From Hypanus sabinus (lineage: Eukaryota): DNA of 64,000 nt. This document shows, piece after piece, positions 27,736 to 40,682 of this stretch; positions within the stretch are counted from its first letter, which is position 1, and each line of letters starts with the position of its first letter. Below the pieces are notes generated by a model. That model was not told where the DNA came from, made no database searches, and saw only the letters and a list, made by a program, of their open reading frames with translations. Position numbers and translations under genes: made by a program. Location of the stretch: positions 18,724,001 to 18,788,000 of the forward strand of contig NC_082721.1 of the NCBI RefSeq assembly GCF_030144855.1, read 5' to 3'.

Positions 27736-28554
27736 CTTAGACCAGCAGAGGGGTGAAAAACTAGGAAGTGCACTTTTAAAATTATTGATGGAAGAATTTG
27801 AGGGCAAATGGGGATTTTTTTTTCAGTCAGCTTATTGCTCAAAAGACCAGAGAAGGAAGAAACCTTCTTCACGTACAGGAAATATATATCTGTACACTAG
27901 AACAACTGCAACCAGAGGTCCATGGAGTAGGTGCTGGAAGGTGGAATTCGGCTAGGTAGCTCTTTCTTGACGAGTAGGGAGACAATGGGCTGAATAACCT
28001 CTATCCACTCTGCACAGTTTCTAATGGTTAATGAACTCCTTTGACAAGTTCCCAGGAAAGATTTGAACACCTTCTGCTCATAAAAAATAGCTCATTGATG
28101 GAGTTTCTTTCCTTTACTGTTTACAAGATGTGGCTTCTCTGAATCCATCCCTCTCCGCTGGCAGTGGTCTCAGTGGAAACTCTGGAGGGCTTTCATCGTT
28201 GTGAGTCCAGACTCACAGGGACACCAGACCAGGGAAGGGCAGCCCAACTGACCAATGGAAATTAGAGCCCTGTGATTGGGTGGCAAGGCAACTTTGGCGG
28301 TGATTGACAGGGCATCCAGGAACCCTGGCAGTGTGGCAGTAGAAGCCAATAAGAGTGCGTGGCCAGATGGAAAAGGAGCCAAGTTCTTCATCACTCCACC
28401 AGGGACATTCTGGGATCTGTTTCAATAGACAACACTCTCCATACACCGCTTCATCTTAGTAACAGCCCCTACCCCTACACCAACTGTGTTAGTGCCACCT
28501 TCCTATCGTCTTACCGTCCTGGTAGATTTCCTAATTTCCTAGATATTTTATTAA

Positions 28555-29125
28555 GAATTCAAAGATTCAGAGTACATTTATTGTCACCAAGTATGTATAC
28601 AGAATGTCACTTTGAGGTTCAACCTCCTGCAAAGAAACCCTTGGAACCCACAGAAGAAACTATCAGATTCCCACCACATGGAAAAGAAATCAAATAGCAC
28701 TAGTGGCAAAAAGTGAGCGAACAACACGTAGGATTTCGAACAAGAAACCAGGAGTCCAGTTGTATTCAGTTTACTTCAGTTCAGTGTCACGCTGCTAGCC
28801 GACTGCTGGCTGCAGGCAAAGCATTCTTCGCTGGAGCGCCCCAGTCTGTATCGATCACCCTTTCAAGCACAGCAAAGGAAAGAGTAACCATAATCAAGCG
28901 ATGCGTGCATCATGAACCTCAAAGTCCCACAAAACGAGTCCACAGCTTCACCGATCAATCCTTGCAACATGTAGCTCAAGGCTCCTGCGCTTTCCTCTGA
29001 CAGCAGCTGGTGAGAGGGAGAGGAAGGCCAGTCAAACGCAGGCAGGTGCCGCCAGACAAGTAGTTCCGTGAGCTGTCTGCAGGATGTTGCTGTTGGTCGC
29101 GTTGTTCTCTGGTGCCATCTTGCTC
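28555..29125 (-). mobile_element. Non-autonomous LINE-derived element
   Basis: Starts AAGATGGC and ends GTGACAATAAATGTACTCTGAATCTTTGAA, similar to the Rex1-like tails in this window. Confidence 0.55.
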
Positions 29126-32100
29126 CGTGATCATTACCAGGCGCGTGATGCAATATCGAGGGAATTCGGCAGACCAACCCTCCTGCCACATGGATCAGAA
29201 CCAGTGCCCCAATCACTACCCATTCACTGCGGCTGCCCATGTGGGTGTTGTAATCCATCATCCCATCTCCAGAATTCTTCCAATAACTTGCACCCACAGT
29301 GAAAGGCATTAACCAGACATTCATCCCACCTGGAACCAGCTGCTGGGCATATTCGACAACCTTACTATTAGCAGAATGTCACAATGGAAAACAGCCATTA
29401 TCTGATCTTAAATGCCACATTTGGTTTCTCCCTATCAGGAATATGCCCTTTGTCCATTTCTCTGTCTTCTGTACAATGGAAAATTTACATCGACTCACTT
29501 TCTCAATTTCAATGAAGGATTCTGGCCCTGAAATGTACTTTCAGAGTTGCTCTCCGATTTTCAGAGTGTTTCTAATATTTTCAGCTTTTATTTCAGACTT
29601 CCAGCATCTGCAAATTTTTTTATGAATATTCATAACCATTGGCTTTTGTGGGATCTTGCTGTGCCTTGACTCCACAAGCACGAACATTTGCTTCTCCTTG
29701 TTAAGCTGTTTCTGAAGCATCTTTCCTCCCACAATCTATTACACAAACCATTATGAATTAAAAATCCACTGTTGTCAGCTGGTGTCAGTGGGGAATAGGT
29801 AATAAGACAAAAGATACCATGGCAACAGAAACCATGTGATTTAGGGTATGTAGTGTTTAATCAACAAAAAGGTGGGGAAATCTGTCATTCTGGAATCAGG
29901 CACTCATCAACAAACGAAAACCATACTCATAAACATGAGATATTTTCTTACATTATTCATTTTTTTTCTACACTGCCCTTCCTTCTAAATTAAATCTTCA
30001 TTAAACTCCCTTGCACAGCTTCCAGCGAACAATTAAACAATGCAAGGACAAGAAGGAGCTAGCCGGGAGCTATAAACCACAAGAAGGCAGACACAGGGGA
30101 TTCAGGGAGTGTTCATTGCACAATTATGTGGAGTACAAAGGGAGTTTTCGCTGCACTGCTTCAGATGCCCTGCTTCACAGCAGCAGTGGCAGCCTGCCTT
30201 GCTGTGTCCTTGCCTCAGCCCCGGTTACAGCAGTAAGGACGAGGGCTGTTCACTTGGGGAGAGGTTTCCGCCCAGCAGTCTCCCTCTTTCACTTCTGAGG
30301 GGGTTTATTAAACTGTCATGGATGACCTACCTCGTCACATCAAGGAGGAGCAGCAAGATGCTACTTTGCACCAGAAGAAAAAAAAGACACAAAAATGTGA
30401 ATATTTGTGACTGATAATGAGACACTTTGGCTAAAACAAAGAGAAATTGAGTCCAATTTTCCAGCTCTCAGCCATGTCAAGAGCTTATCCAGGTACTTGT
30501 GACCTTCTAGGGGTTTATGAAATCATGAGGGACACAGAGAAGCTGGAAGACCTCTGCTTTTTCACCAGGGTAAGGGAGTCCAGAACTGGAGGTCATAGCT
30601 TTTTAGTGGGAAGGTAAAGATTTAGAAGGAACTTCAGCACTCCTTTGTGGAATGAGCTACTAGGGGAAGTGGTAAAGGTAGACACAGTTACAACATTTAA
30701 AAGATATTTGGACAGGTAGATGGATAGGAAAAGTTTAGAACAGGGGTTCCCAACTTTTTTATGCCATGGACCCCTACTGTTTACTGAGGGGTCTGTGGAC
30801 CCTAGGTTGGGAACTCCTGGGAGGGATATGAGCTGAATGCAGGTAAAAGGCATAAGCTCAGTCAGACATCTTGATTGGCATGAATGACACGGGCTGAAGG
30901 GCCTGTTTTCCATATAATTTAAAGTGCATGCGGTGCCCAACACAGGTAAAGAGTAAACAGTACAGTAAACAGCTTGTTGTCCTGATGACGAGAACTCGGT
31001 GGTGGCAGGGTATTCATTAGTCTCACACCCTGAGGGAAGAACTTGTTGCCCAGTCTGGCAGTCCTAGTCCCGATGTTCCTGTGGCTCCTTCCTGATGGTG
31101 GTGGATCAAAGAGATTGTGGAATGAGTGGTAAGATAATCCCATTTTATTCTCCCCACTTTTCCATCAACTCTCTTGTGTATGACATAGGCGATCATGATT
31201 GCTCTTGGCAAATTTTTCTTCAGAAGTTGTTTGCCATTGCAGTCTTCTGGGCAATGTCTTATAAAATGTAGGTGAACCCAGCCATTATCAATACTCTCCA
31301 GAGATTGTCCACCTGGTGTCAGTGCTGGCATAGCCAGGACTCGTGATATGCACCACCTGCTCATATGACCATCATATAACTCATATGACCAGCTCCCAAG
31401 GCTTTGCGTGACCCTGATCAGTGGGGGTAGGGAGGAGTTGGGGGGCTCGGCAGGTGCCACACCCTCCCCAAGAATGATTTACAGATTAGCAGAGGGAATG
31501 AACGCTTTACACGTCGTTTGGTAGAGACATATCTCCACACCACCATCCGATTCTTCTACACACCAGGGCAATTTGCCAATTAGCCTACGAACCATCACTA
31601 CTTTGGGATGTGAGTGGGAAATGAAACACACAGAAGAAACCTTCTAATCTGGGTCACATGAAACCTGGTTAAGTGACCGCTGACACCAAGCAGACAATCT
31701 CTGAGAGTATTGATAATGGGTGAGGTCACCCGTCTGATAAAGACGCTGCCCAGAAGAAAGCAATGGCAAACCACTTCCGTAGAAAAAATTGCCAGGAACA
31801 ACCATGGTCATGGATAGAGAAAAGAATAGCAAATGGAAAGACAAATGGAAGACATGATCGACCACATCATACAAAATGGAACATGATGATGATGAATGGG
31901 TGCCTGGAATGCACTGCCATGGGATACAGTGGAAACAGCTACAATGGCAATATTTAAGAGATATCTAGAAATACACATGAACTGGTGGGGAAATAGAGAG
32001 ATACAGGTCATGTGCAGGCTGATGGAATTCCACATGGCGACAGAGGGCCTGTTCCTGTGTTGTACTATTCTACTTTTTCTGTTCTATGTTTAATGTCAAC

Positions 32101-34511
32101 GTCCTCTGGTGAGATCTCCTCTGCTGGTTCTAAACTCCTATAGAATCAATCATTCTTCATGAGACAATAACTTCACCTCCCAAATCAATTCTAGTATTCA
32201 TTTTTTCCAAATTGCCTTCAAAGCAAGCATACCCCTTCTTAAGTAAGGTGTTCCCAGTGTGATTTCACCAATACCCTGTAAATTATACAGAGGTTATCCT
32301 ACTGCTATTTTTAAAATTTGTTTTAGCAATACAACGTGGAGTAGGCCCTTCTGGCCTTTCAGGCTACGCCTCCCCAGCAACCCCTGACAAACCAGATTAA
32401 CCCTAACATATTCTAATCATGGGACTATTTACAATGACCAATCACCCTACCTGGTACATCTTTGGACTATGCGAGGTAACTGGAGCACCCAGAGAAAACC
32501 CACACATTCCATGGAGAGGACAGAATGGCGCCGGAATTGAACTCTGAACTCTTCATCGCCCCAAGCTGTAATAGCATTGCGCTAACCGCTACGCTACCGT
32601 GCTCTTGCAATGAAGGTCATTGTTACGTTTGCCTTTTTAGTGACTTGCTGCATCTGTATACTATTTTCTGTACCTCTCTTGTACAGCTGCACCCCATAGG
32701 ATCTCTCCTCTTGGTCCTCTGCAGCCACCAACACAATTACCCAATGACTCATTCTCTATGAACATGATAAGCTCCAAAGATTCTGGTAGCCTGAACTCAA
32801 AGGGTTAAATATCAACAGAAGACTCTGGCTCAAATACCTTTCAAATATTCTAGGCTAAATTATATTCCTCTTTGCACTGTCAAATCAATGAAATGATCCT
32901 AGAGATCAATAAATATATTTGCCCAAGATAATCCACGCAGTAATAATTTCCAACGTTACTCAAATTCTGTTAGCAATTCACAGTAGAGCAGTCAAGTAAA
33001 CTGGTGTGGAGAATAATGTGACCAGTGACCACAGATAGATATTTCAGACTCAAAAGCAAAATAGTTCCGATGCTGGAATCGAAATTACCAAAAGAAATTT
33101 CTTGACATTTTCAGCAGATCAGGCAACATCTGTGGAAAGAAAAATTTCCTGGTGGATTACCTGTTATCAAAACAATAAACTCTCTGATTTTCTCTCCAGT
33201 GATGCAGCCTGAGTACTTACAACATTTTCTGTCCTTCCTTCTAAAAATTCCTGTGATTTTTGATCAAAGCTTTAATGGAAACGTACAATGTAAACTTACA
33301 TTTATTCAGCCAGCATAAACAAATACTACATCACCCCGGACATTCTCTTTCTCCCTTCTGCCATCAGACAGCATATACAAAGCCCTGAATGCATGTATCC
33401 CCAGGCTTCTACCCAGCTTTTCTAAGATTTTTGAATAGTTCCCTAACATGAAAAGATGGACTCCTGACCTCACAATCTACCTTATTATGATCTCGCACTT
33501 TATTGTTTGTCTGCACTGCACTTTCTCTGTAGCTGTTGGACTTCATTCTGCATTCTGTTATTGCTTTACTTTGATTAGATTAAGATTTTAAGAAAATATG
33601 ATTAGTCTTGTTTGTCACATGTACCTTGAAACATACATTATTTACGTCAGATTAAATCTGTGAGAATTGTGATGGGCAAGTGTTGCCAAGATTCTGGTGA
33701 CAAAACAATATGGTAACTAACTGTGCATCTTTGGAATATGAGAGGAAACAGGGAGAATATACAAACTCCTTACTAGCAGAAGCAGGAACTGAACTTCGAT
33801 TGGGGATTTTAATTTATTTATTTGTTTATTTATTGGGTTGCAGTGTGGAGTAGGCCCTTCCAGCAGTTCAAGCCACACCGCCCAGCAACCCCCGATTGAA
33901 ACGTAGCCTAATCACGGGACAATTTACAATGACCGATTAACCTACTACCCAGTACGTCTTTGGGCTGAAGGAGGAAACTGGAGCACCTGGAGGAAACCCA
34001 CACGGTCATGGGGAGAACATACAAACTCCTTCCAGATAGCGATAGGAATTGAACTTGGATCACTGATACTGCAAAACGTTGTGCTAGCCACTACACACTG
34101 CAATAGAGATCCCTGGCACTGTAATAGTGTTACGCTAACAGCTGTACTACTGTGCTGCCCCAAGGTGAGGATGTTGGATTTTTTCAAAGAGCATCCTTAA
34201 TCTATGTTGTGTCCCCAGTCTGATATCCCCTGCAGTTATGGCTGATCAGCTCCCATGCTGGTTTGACACTATGTCACAGCAGGAGAATATTGGTCCAGAA
34301 ACATAACCTTTAATCTAAGTATCATATACTCATTTGCTGCCCAGTTTTTTAAAATAGTGAGAGCTCTGATGTCTCCCAGCAAGAATCAGCACCCAGAGGA
34401 ACATCAAACTGAATGGAAGAATTTTACCTTATAGTTTTCTATCAAGGACATTAATATGATACTATATTTAAAAAAAGGACCTTGGATAGCAAAAGATCCA
34501 TTATTAATAGA

Positions 34512-34812
34512 TAGCAGACATCCATTAGTCTTGAAAGATCATAGATTTGCACCTTGGAAGGTTTCCAGGGCGCAGGCCTGCGCAGGGTTGTATGGGAGAC
34601 TGGCAGTTGCCCATGCTGCGTCCCCTTCTCCACATCACCGATGTTGTCCAAGGGAAGGGCACTAGGACCGATACAGCTTGGCACTAGCGTCGTCACAGAG
34701 CAATGTATGGTTAAGTACCTTGCTCAAGGTCACAACATGCTGCCTCAGCTGAGGCTCGAACTAGCGACCTTCAGATCACTAAACCAACACCTTAACCACT
34801 TGGCCACACACC
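34512..34812 (-). mobile_element. tRNA-derived SINE with CORE-like segment
   Basis: Minus strand TGGCCAAGTGGTTAAGG (A box), AGTTCGAGCC (B box), GTGACCTTGAGCAAGGTACTTAACC. Confidence 0.75.
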
Positions 34813-35977
34813 AACACCATTATTAATATCGCTCAACATAACTGAAGCCTATTAGTTGATTCATGTTTTTTCAGGCAGATTCCTGAAACCACTTAAGGCA
34901 GAATTACTTCATGCTAGACCCTTGATATCCAGTAGAAAAACTAATAATAAAGCTCTGTTAATGACATGGAATATATTATAATTTTTACCATGTTAATATT
35001 TGTTCAGAAGTTCTATGGTTCAGTTAATGTCACAGTATGTATACAGTATACAACCTGAGAGTCGTACTCTTCACAGAGATCCACGTAACGAGAGAGCCAT
35101 TGAATGAATGATAGAAACATCGAAGCCTCAAAGCACCCTCTCCCCCTCAGAAGCAGCAGCAAAAGCATCGACCCACCTTCCCCCACCCATGCTCAGAACC
35201 CCACTACCTCCCTAACATTTTTTCCACCTTCTCTTTCCACTTCCTCTGTTTATAATGATCAGACCATACTTACCCCTTTGCTCCAATTAAATTATTCCAT
35301 TTTCCTGTCCATCTTTTTAAACTTTGCTTAATTTTGGAGGTAGAATCTCAATCTTGATTGAGAAATGATTCCAGAGGCTACTTTATTAACAGATTAACGA
35401 GTCTTCATGTCTAGCACAACACGTTCAGTCCATCCACTCTACAGCAACTTTTTGAAAGGACTATACATTCATTTCTCATTCTCTGTTTTTCTTCCACGAC
35501 GTACCTTTAATATTTTTAATTATTTAGCTTGTAATTAAAGTATTTTCTTAAAGATAATATAATCATATAACATAGAATGTAGAACATGTGCAAAGCTCAA
35601 AATATTATGTATGTGGGCATATGAATAGCTCTGCAGAAGAGTGCAGGTGTTGCATGTATTAGGTCTGGGATTTAATTCGGGGCATCTCCAGGGTGGCAAT
35701 GTTGATTTTTTTTCTTTTCAGATTGGCACGGTAGCATAGCAATTAGCTGTTATAGCACTTGCAACCCAGGTTCAATTCCACCACTGTCCGTAAGTAGTTT
35801 GTACGATCCCCCCCTGACCACGTGGGTTTCCTCCAGATGCTCCTGTTTCCTCACACATTCCAAAGTCGTAGAGGTTAGTAGGTGAAAATTGTTCACAGGG
35901 GTGTAATTGGGGAGCAGGTGCTTGTTGCCATGCTGTTTCTCTAAATAAATCAAATAATTTAGTGGTCGGTCCAATCA

Positions 35978-36480
35978 CAAACAAGAAAAAATCTGCAGAT
36001 GCTGGAAATCCGAGCGACACACACAAAATGCTGGAGGAGCTCAGGAGGCCAGGCAGCATCCATGGGAAAGAGTACAGTGGGCGTTTCGGGCCGAGACCCT
36101 TTGGCAGGACTGGAGAAAAGAAAAGGAATAGATTTAAAAGATGGGAGGTGGGGAAGAAACACAAGGTGATAGGTGAAACTGAGAGGGGGAGGGATGCAGT
36201 AAAGAGCTGGGAAGTTGAGTTAAAAGATGGGAGGGGGGGAAGAAACACAAGGTGATAGGTGAAACTGAGAGGGGGAGGGATGCAGTAAAGAGCTGGGAAG
36301 TTGAAAGAGGTAGAGGGCTGGAGAAGGGAGGAGACAGAAGGCCATGGAAGAAAGAAAGGGGGGGCAGAGCACCTATTGGCATGAACATCAATTTCTCGAA
36401 CTTCCGGTAATGCCCCCCCACCACATTCCCCGTCCCATTTCCCCTTTCTCTCCTTATCTCCTTGCCTGCCCATTTTCCCT
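35978..36480 (-). mobile_element. Penelope pLTR-derived element with inverted segment and internal 86-bp duplication
   Basis: Minus-strand pLTR with degenerate hammerhead at 36075-36111; plus-oriented PLE end (GGCATGAACATCAATTTCTC) from about 36375. Confidence 0.75.
36134..36304. repeat. Tandem duplication, 86-bp unit x2
   Basis: TTAAAAGATGGGAGG...GGGAAGTTGA starts at 36134 and again at 36220, nearly identical. Confidence 0.95.
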
Positions 36481-36809
36481 AGTCTGGTCTATCAATGGAA
36501 CAAAGATGCTTCATCCCTGAAAACCCTGCAGTAAGTCACCTTTGCACTCTTCCTAAACATCACCTTTCCAGAAGTGGACGCAGCTGTGACCAAACTAGTG
36601 TTTTATAAAGGTTTGTTGTGACTTCCCTGCTTGTGTACTCTGGCTAATACAACATTGACTCAGTTACGACAGTTGAGTATTACTTACATTAATGGGTAAT
36701 TGAGACATGATCTAACGCTAAGATCAACAAGAGAAACAGAAAGGATCACTTTAATGAAGAATGTTTGTTCTTCGTTCCCACGCCCATTGACGTCATGTTT
36801 TCAGTTCCA

Positions 36810-39110
36810 TCAATATGGAGTAAGGTAGATGATCTTGTAGCGCAGTTAGAGGTTGGCAGGTATAACATTGTAGGTATCACTGAGTTGTGGATGAAAGAGA
36901 ATCATTATTGGGAGTTTAATATCCAAGGATACATATTGTATTGAAAGGACAGGCAGGTCGGTGGAGAGTGTGGGGTGGCTCTGTTGGCAAAAAGAAATGA
37001 AATAAACTCTTTAAGATTGGAAGATATAGAATCCTTGTGGGGAGAGTTAAGAAACTCCAAAGATAAAAAGAACCTGATGGGAGTTATTTACAGGCCTCCG
37101 AACAGTAGCCAGGAAGTGGGATATAAATTTCAATGGGATAAGATAGGGTGTGTAAAAAGGGCAATATTACAATAGTCATGGGGTATTTCAATATGCAGTT
37201 AGATTGGGAAAATCAGTTTGGTTTTGGATCCCAAAAAAATGGAATGTATATAACGCCTATGAGATGGCGTTGTAGAGCAGCTGTGGTTGAGCCCTATAGG
37301 GGAAAGGTAATTCAGGATTGGGTGTTATGTAATGACCCAGATTTGATTAAGATATAGGAATCCTTGGGAGACGGTGATCATATTATGGTAGAATTCACCC
37401 TACAGTCTGAGGAGAAACTAAAGTTAAATGCATCAGTATTACAGCGGAGTAAAGAGAATTACAAAGACATGAGAGGAGCTGGCCAAAGTTGATTGAAAGG
37501 AGACACCAGCAGGGATGACAGTAGAACAGTAAAGGCTGGACTTACACAGAGCAATTTGAAAGGTGCAGGATACATCCCAAAGATGAAGTAATCTAAAAGG
37601 AGAATGATGCAACTGTGACTGGCGTGGGAAGTCAAAGACAGGAAAAAAAGCAAAAGACGGCATACAATATAATGAAAATTAGTGAGAGGTTAGAGGTTTG
37701 AGAAGCTTTTAAAAGCCAATAGAAGGCAACTAAGAAAGCAATAAGGAGGGAAAAGGATATATGAAGGTAAGCTGAAGAGATTGTGGAGGCATTAGTGATG
37801 ATGATCTTTCAGGAATCATTAGATTCTGGAATGGTTCCAGAGCACTGGAAAATTACAAATGTCACTCCACTCGTTAAGAAGGGAGGAAGGCAGAAGGAAG
37901 GAAATTATAAACCAGTTAGCCTGACTTCAGTGGTTGGGAGATGTTGGAGTCCATTGTTAAGGATAAGTTTTTGGAGTATTTGATGGTGCTTGATAAAGTA
38001 GGCCAAAGTCAGCATGGTTTCCTTAAGGAGAAATCTTGCTTGACAGATCTGTTGGAATTTTTTGAGGAAATAACAAGCAGAATAGACGAAGAAGAGTCAG
38101 TAGCTGTTGTTCACTTGGATTTTCAGAAGGTCTTTATCAAGGTGCCGCAAGATAAGAGCCCATGGTATCACAGGAAAGATACCGGCATGGATAGAAGATT
38201 GGCTGACTAACAGGAGGCAAAGAGTGGAAATAAAGGGGACCTATTCCAGCTGGCTGCCAGTGACTAGTGGTTTTCTGCGGGTATTGTTACTGGGACCACG
38301 GGAGAATGGGCAAAGAAATGGCAGATGGAATATAATGTAGGGAAATGTATGGTCATGTATGGTAGAAGGAATAAAGGTGTAAACTATTTTCTATATAGGG
38401 TGACAATTCAAAAATCAAAATTGCAAAGGGACTTGTGAGTCCTCATGCAGGATTCCCTAAAGGTTAACTTGCAGGTTGAGTTGGTGGTAAGGAAGGCAAA
38501 TGCAATGTTAGCATTCATTTTGAGGAGTAGAATGTAAGAGCAAGGATGTGATGCTGAGGCTTTATAAGGCATTTATTAGGCTGCACTTGGAGTATTCTGA
38601 ACAGTTTTGGGCCCTTATCTAAGAAAAGATGTGCTAGCATTGGAGGAGGTTCACGATGTTAATTACTGGAATGAAAAGTTTCACATGTGAGGCGTGTTTG
38701 ATGACTGAGGAAGTACTCACTGGAGTTTAGTAGAATAAGGAGGGATCTCATTGAGACCTATTGAATACTGGCCTAGTCAGTAGGGATATGGAGAGGATGT
38801 TTCCTACAATAGTTGAGTCTAGGACAGTCTCAGAATAGAGAGATGTTCATTTAGAACAAAGATGAGATGGAGTTTCTTCAGCCAAAGGGTGGTGAACCTG
38901 TGGAATTCATCACCACAGACGTTTGAGGAGGCCAAGTCATTGAGTATATTTAAAGTGGAGGTTGACTGGTTGTTAGTTAGTCAGGGCGTCAAAGGTTAAG
39001 GGGAGAAGGTGAGAGAATGGGTTGAGAGGGATAATAAATCAGCTTTGATGGAATGGCAGAGCAGACTTGATGGGACAAATGGCCTAAGTCTGCTCCTATG
39101 TCCTATTATG
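36810..39110 (+). mobile_element. Decayed long CR1 LINE (endonuclease plus RT, frameshifted)
   Basis: Fragments GVIYRPPNS, VMGYFN, NVTPLVKKG..NYKPVSLTS, SQHGF, LDFQK.F, followed by a CR1 3' tail. Confidence 0.9.
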
Positions 39111-40082
39111 GTGTTTTATTAACACGGGAAGAATGTCATGCGGAATGGAAGGACATAAGCAACAATACTGTGATTTTATTAAAACATTTGGGAGTTGAAA
39201 GCTGTGTTTCCATACAACACATTAAATAAAAGAGCACGGTGATTGACATGATTTCGATACTGGCTGTCTGATGATGTAGGCAACACAAGGTCACAGGATC
39301 AACAAAACCTCTTTCCCAGATCCTTTTATCAGTACAACATTAAACATATCCCTTCTAACTGATTGGCAAAATTAAAGCTGTACTGACGATTTTAACATTT
39401 TGACTCTCAAACATTCTGGAAGGATGTTAACCTAGATCATACCCCTGGAACATTCAGATAATTAACCCGAGACCACCCCCATCCCAGCACTAACTGCACC
39501 TGAAACCCATAGCCTGCTGTTCACCTTCCCAATCTCATCTCATTGAGCTGAAAACCTATAGAAGCCACACCTATGAATCTTTCATATGAATTTCAGCCAA
39601 ATGCATTAACACATTTATTATTAATATTGTGCAGTAGGACTGCAGCCCAGTAGTTCATATTTTATGGAAGCAGACTAGACGCTTAATTGGAGAGTTATTT
39701 TGTGCAGTCAGCCTAGGCATCCAGAGAGGGCACCATTTCAGGCCAGCACTTCCAGGCAAAGGAACACTCTCCTATCAGTGGAGGCACTAAGGCGAGGAAA
39801 TTAGGTAAAGCTCACAACGGTCCAAAAGCCCATCGGCATTGTGCTGTCTGGGTCTCAGAGGCAGATGGGCACTTGGGCAGCAGGTGCTGCCTAGATCTAC
39901 GGAACAGCTAGCTCGGCAGGAGTCAGGACATCTAAAGAAGAGAGCAAGATGGAAGGGTAGGGAGCAGGTGGTGACGGCAACATGTCTGACAAAGAGAGAG
40001 CTTGTGTTTATATATAGTAATTTGCTCTTCAAGGATGTCCCAGAATAGTTTAACCCTATGAGGTGTAATCATTCCTGCAGTA

Positions 40083-40682
40083 CACCCAGTGGCCACTTTA
40101 TTAGGTATTAACCAGTGCCTAATAATGTGGCCGTTGAGTGTACGTCCGTGGTCTTCTGCTGCTGTAGCCCATCTACTTCAATGCTGTAAGCTCAAAGACA
40201 CTCTTCAGCTCACTAACACATGGTTATTTGAGTTACTATACCCTTCCTGTGGCTTGAGCCAGTCTCGCCACTCTCCTCTGACCTCTCCCATTCACAAGGC
40301 GGTTCTCCCCCACAAAACTGGATTTTTTTTTGTTTATCGCACCATTCCCTGGACCAGGGGTTCCCAACCAATTTTTATGCCGTGGAGCCTTGCCATTAAC
40401 TGAGGGGTCTGTGGACCCCAGGTTGGGAACCCCTGCTCAGAGACTGTTGTGCGCAAAAAATCCCAGGAGATGAGCAGTTTCTGAGATACTCAAATCACCC
40501 CATCTGGCACCATGGTCAAAGTCACTTAGATCATGTTTTTCCCCATTCTGATGTTTGATCTGAATAACTGAACCTCTTGATCATGACTGCATTCTCTTAT
40601 GCATTGAGTTGCTACCACATGATTGGCTGATTAGATACTTGTGTTAATGAGCAGGTGTACCTAATAAAGTATCTGCTGAGTT
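40083..40682. mobile_element. Tc1/mariner-type non-autonomous DNA transposon
   Basis: Imperfect TIRs CACCCAGTGGCCACTTTATTAGGTA / TACCTAATAAAGT...CTGAGT, flanked by TA. Confidence 0.8.
40355..40435. mobile_element. 81-bp hAT (Charlie-like) MITE nested in the Tc1 element
   Basis: Perfect 15-bp TIR CAGGGGTTCCCAACC / GGTTGGGAACCCCTG. Same family at 30741-30819, about 60029-60100 (RPS15 intron 2) and about 62782-62853. Confidence 0.85.

Noticed and set aside
28863-29324. 153-aa minus-strand ORF
   Set aside because: More than half lies in a LINE-derived repeat, no recognisable domain, and no donor in phase with the next candidate exon.
35772-36473. 233-aa ORF with internal repeat
   Set aside because: Read-through of a Penelope pLTR, an 86-bp duplication and a SINE; low complexity.
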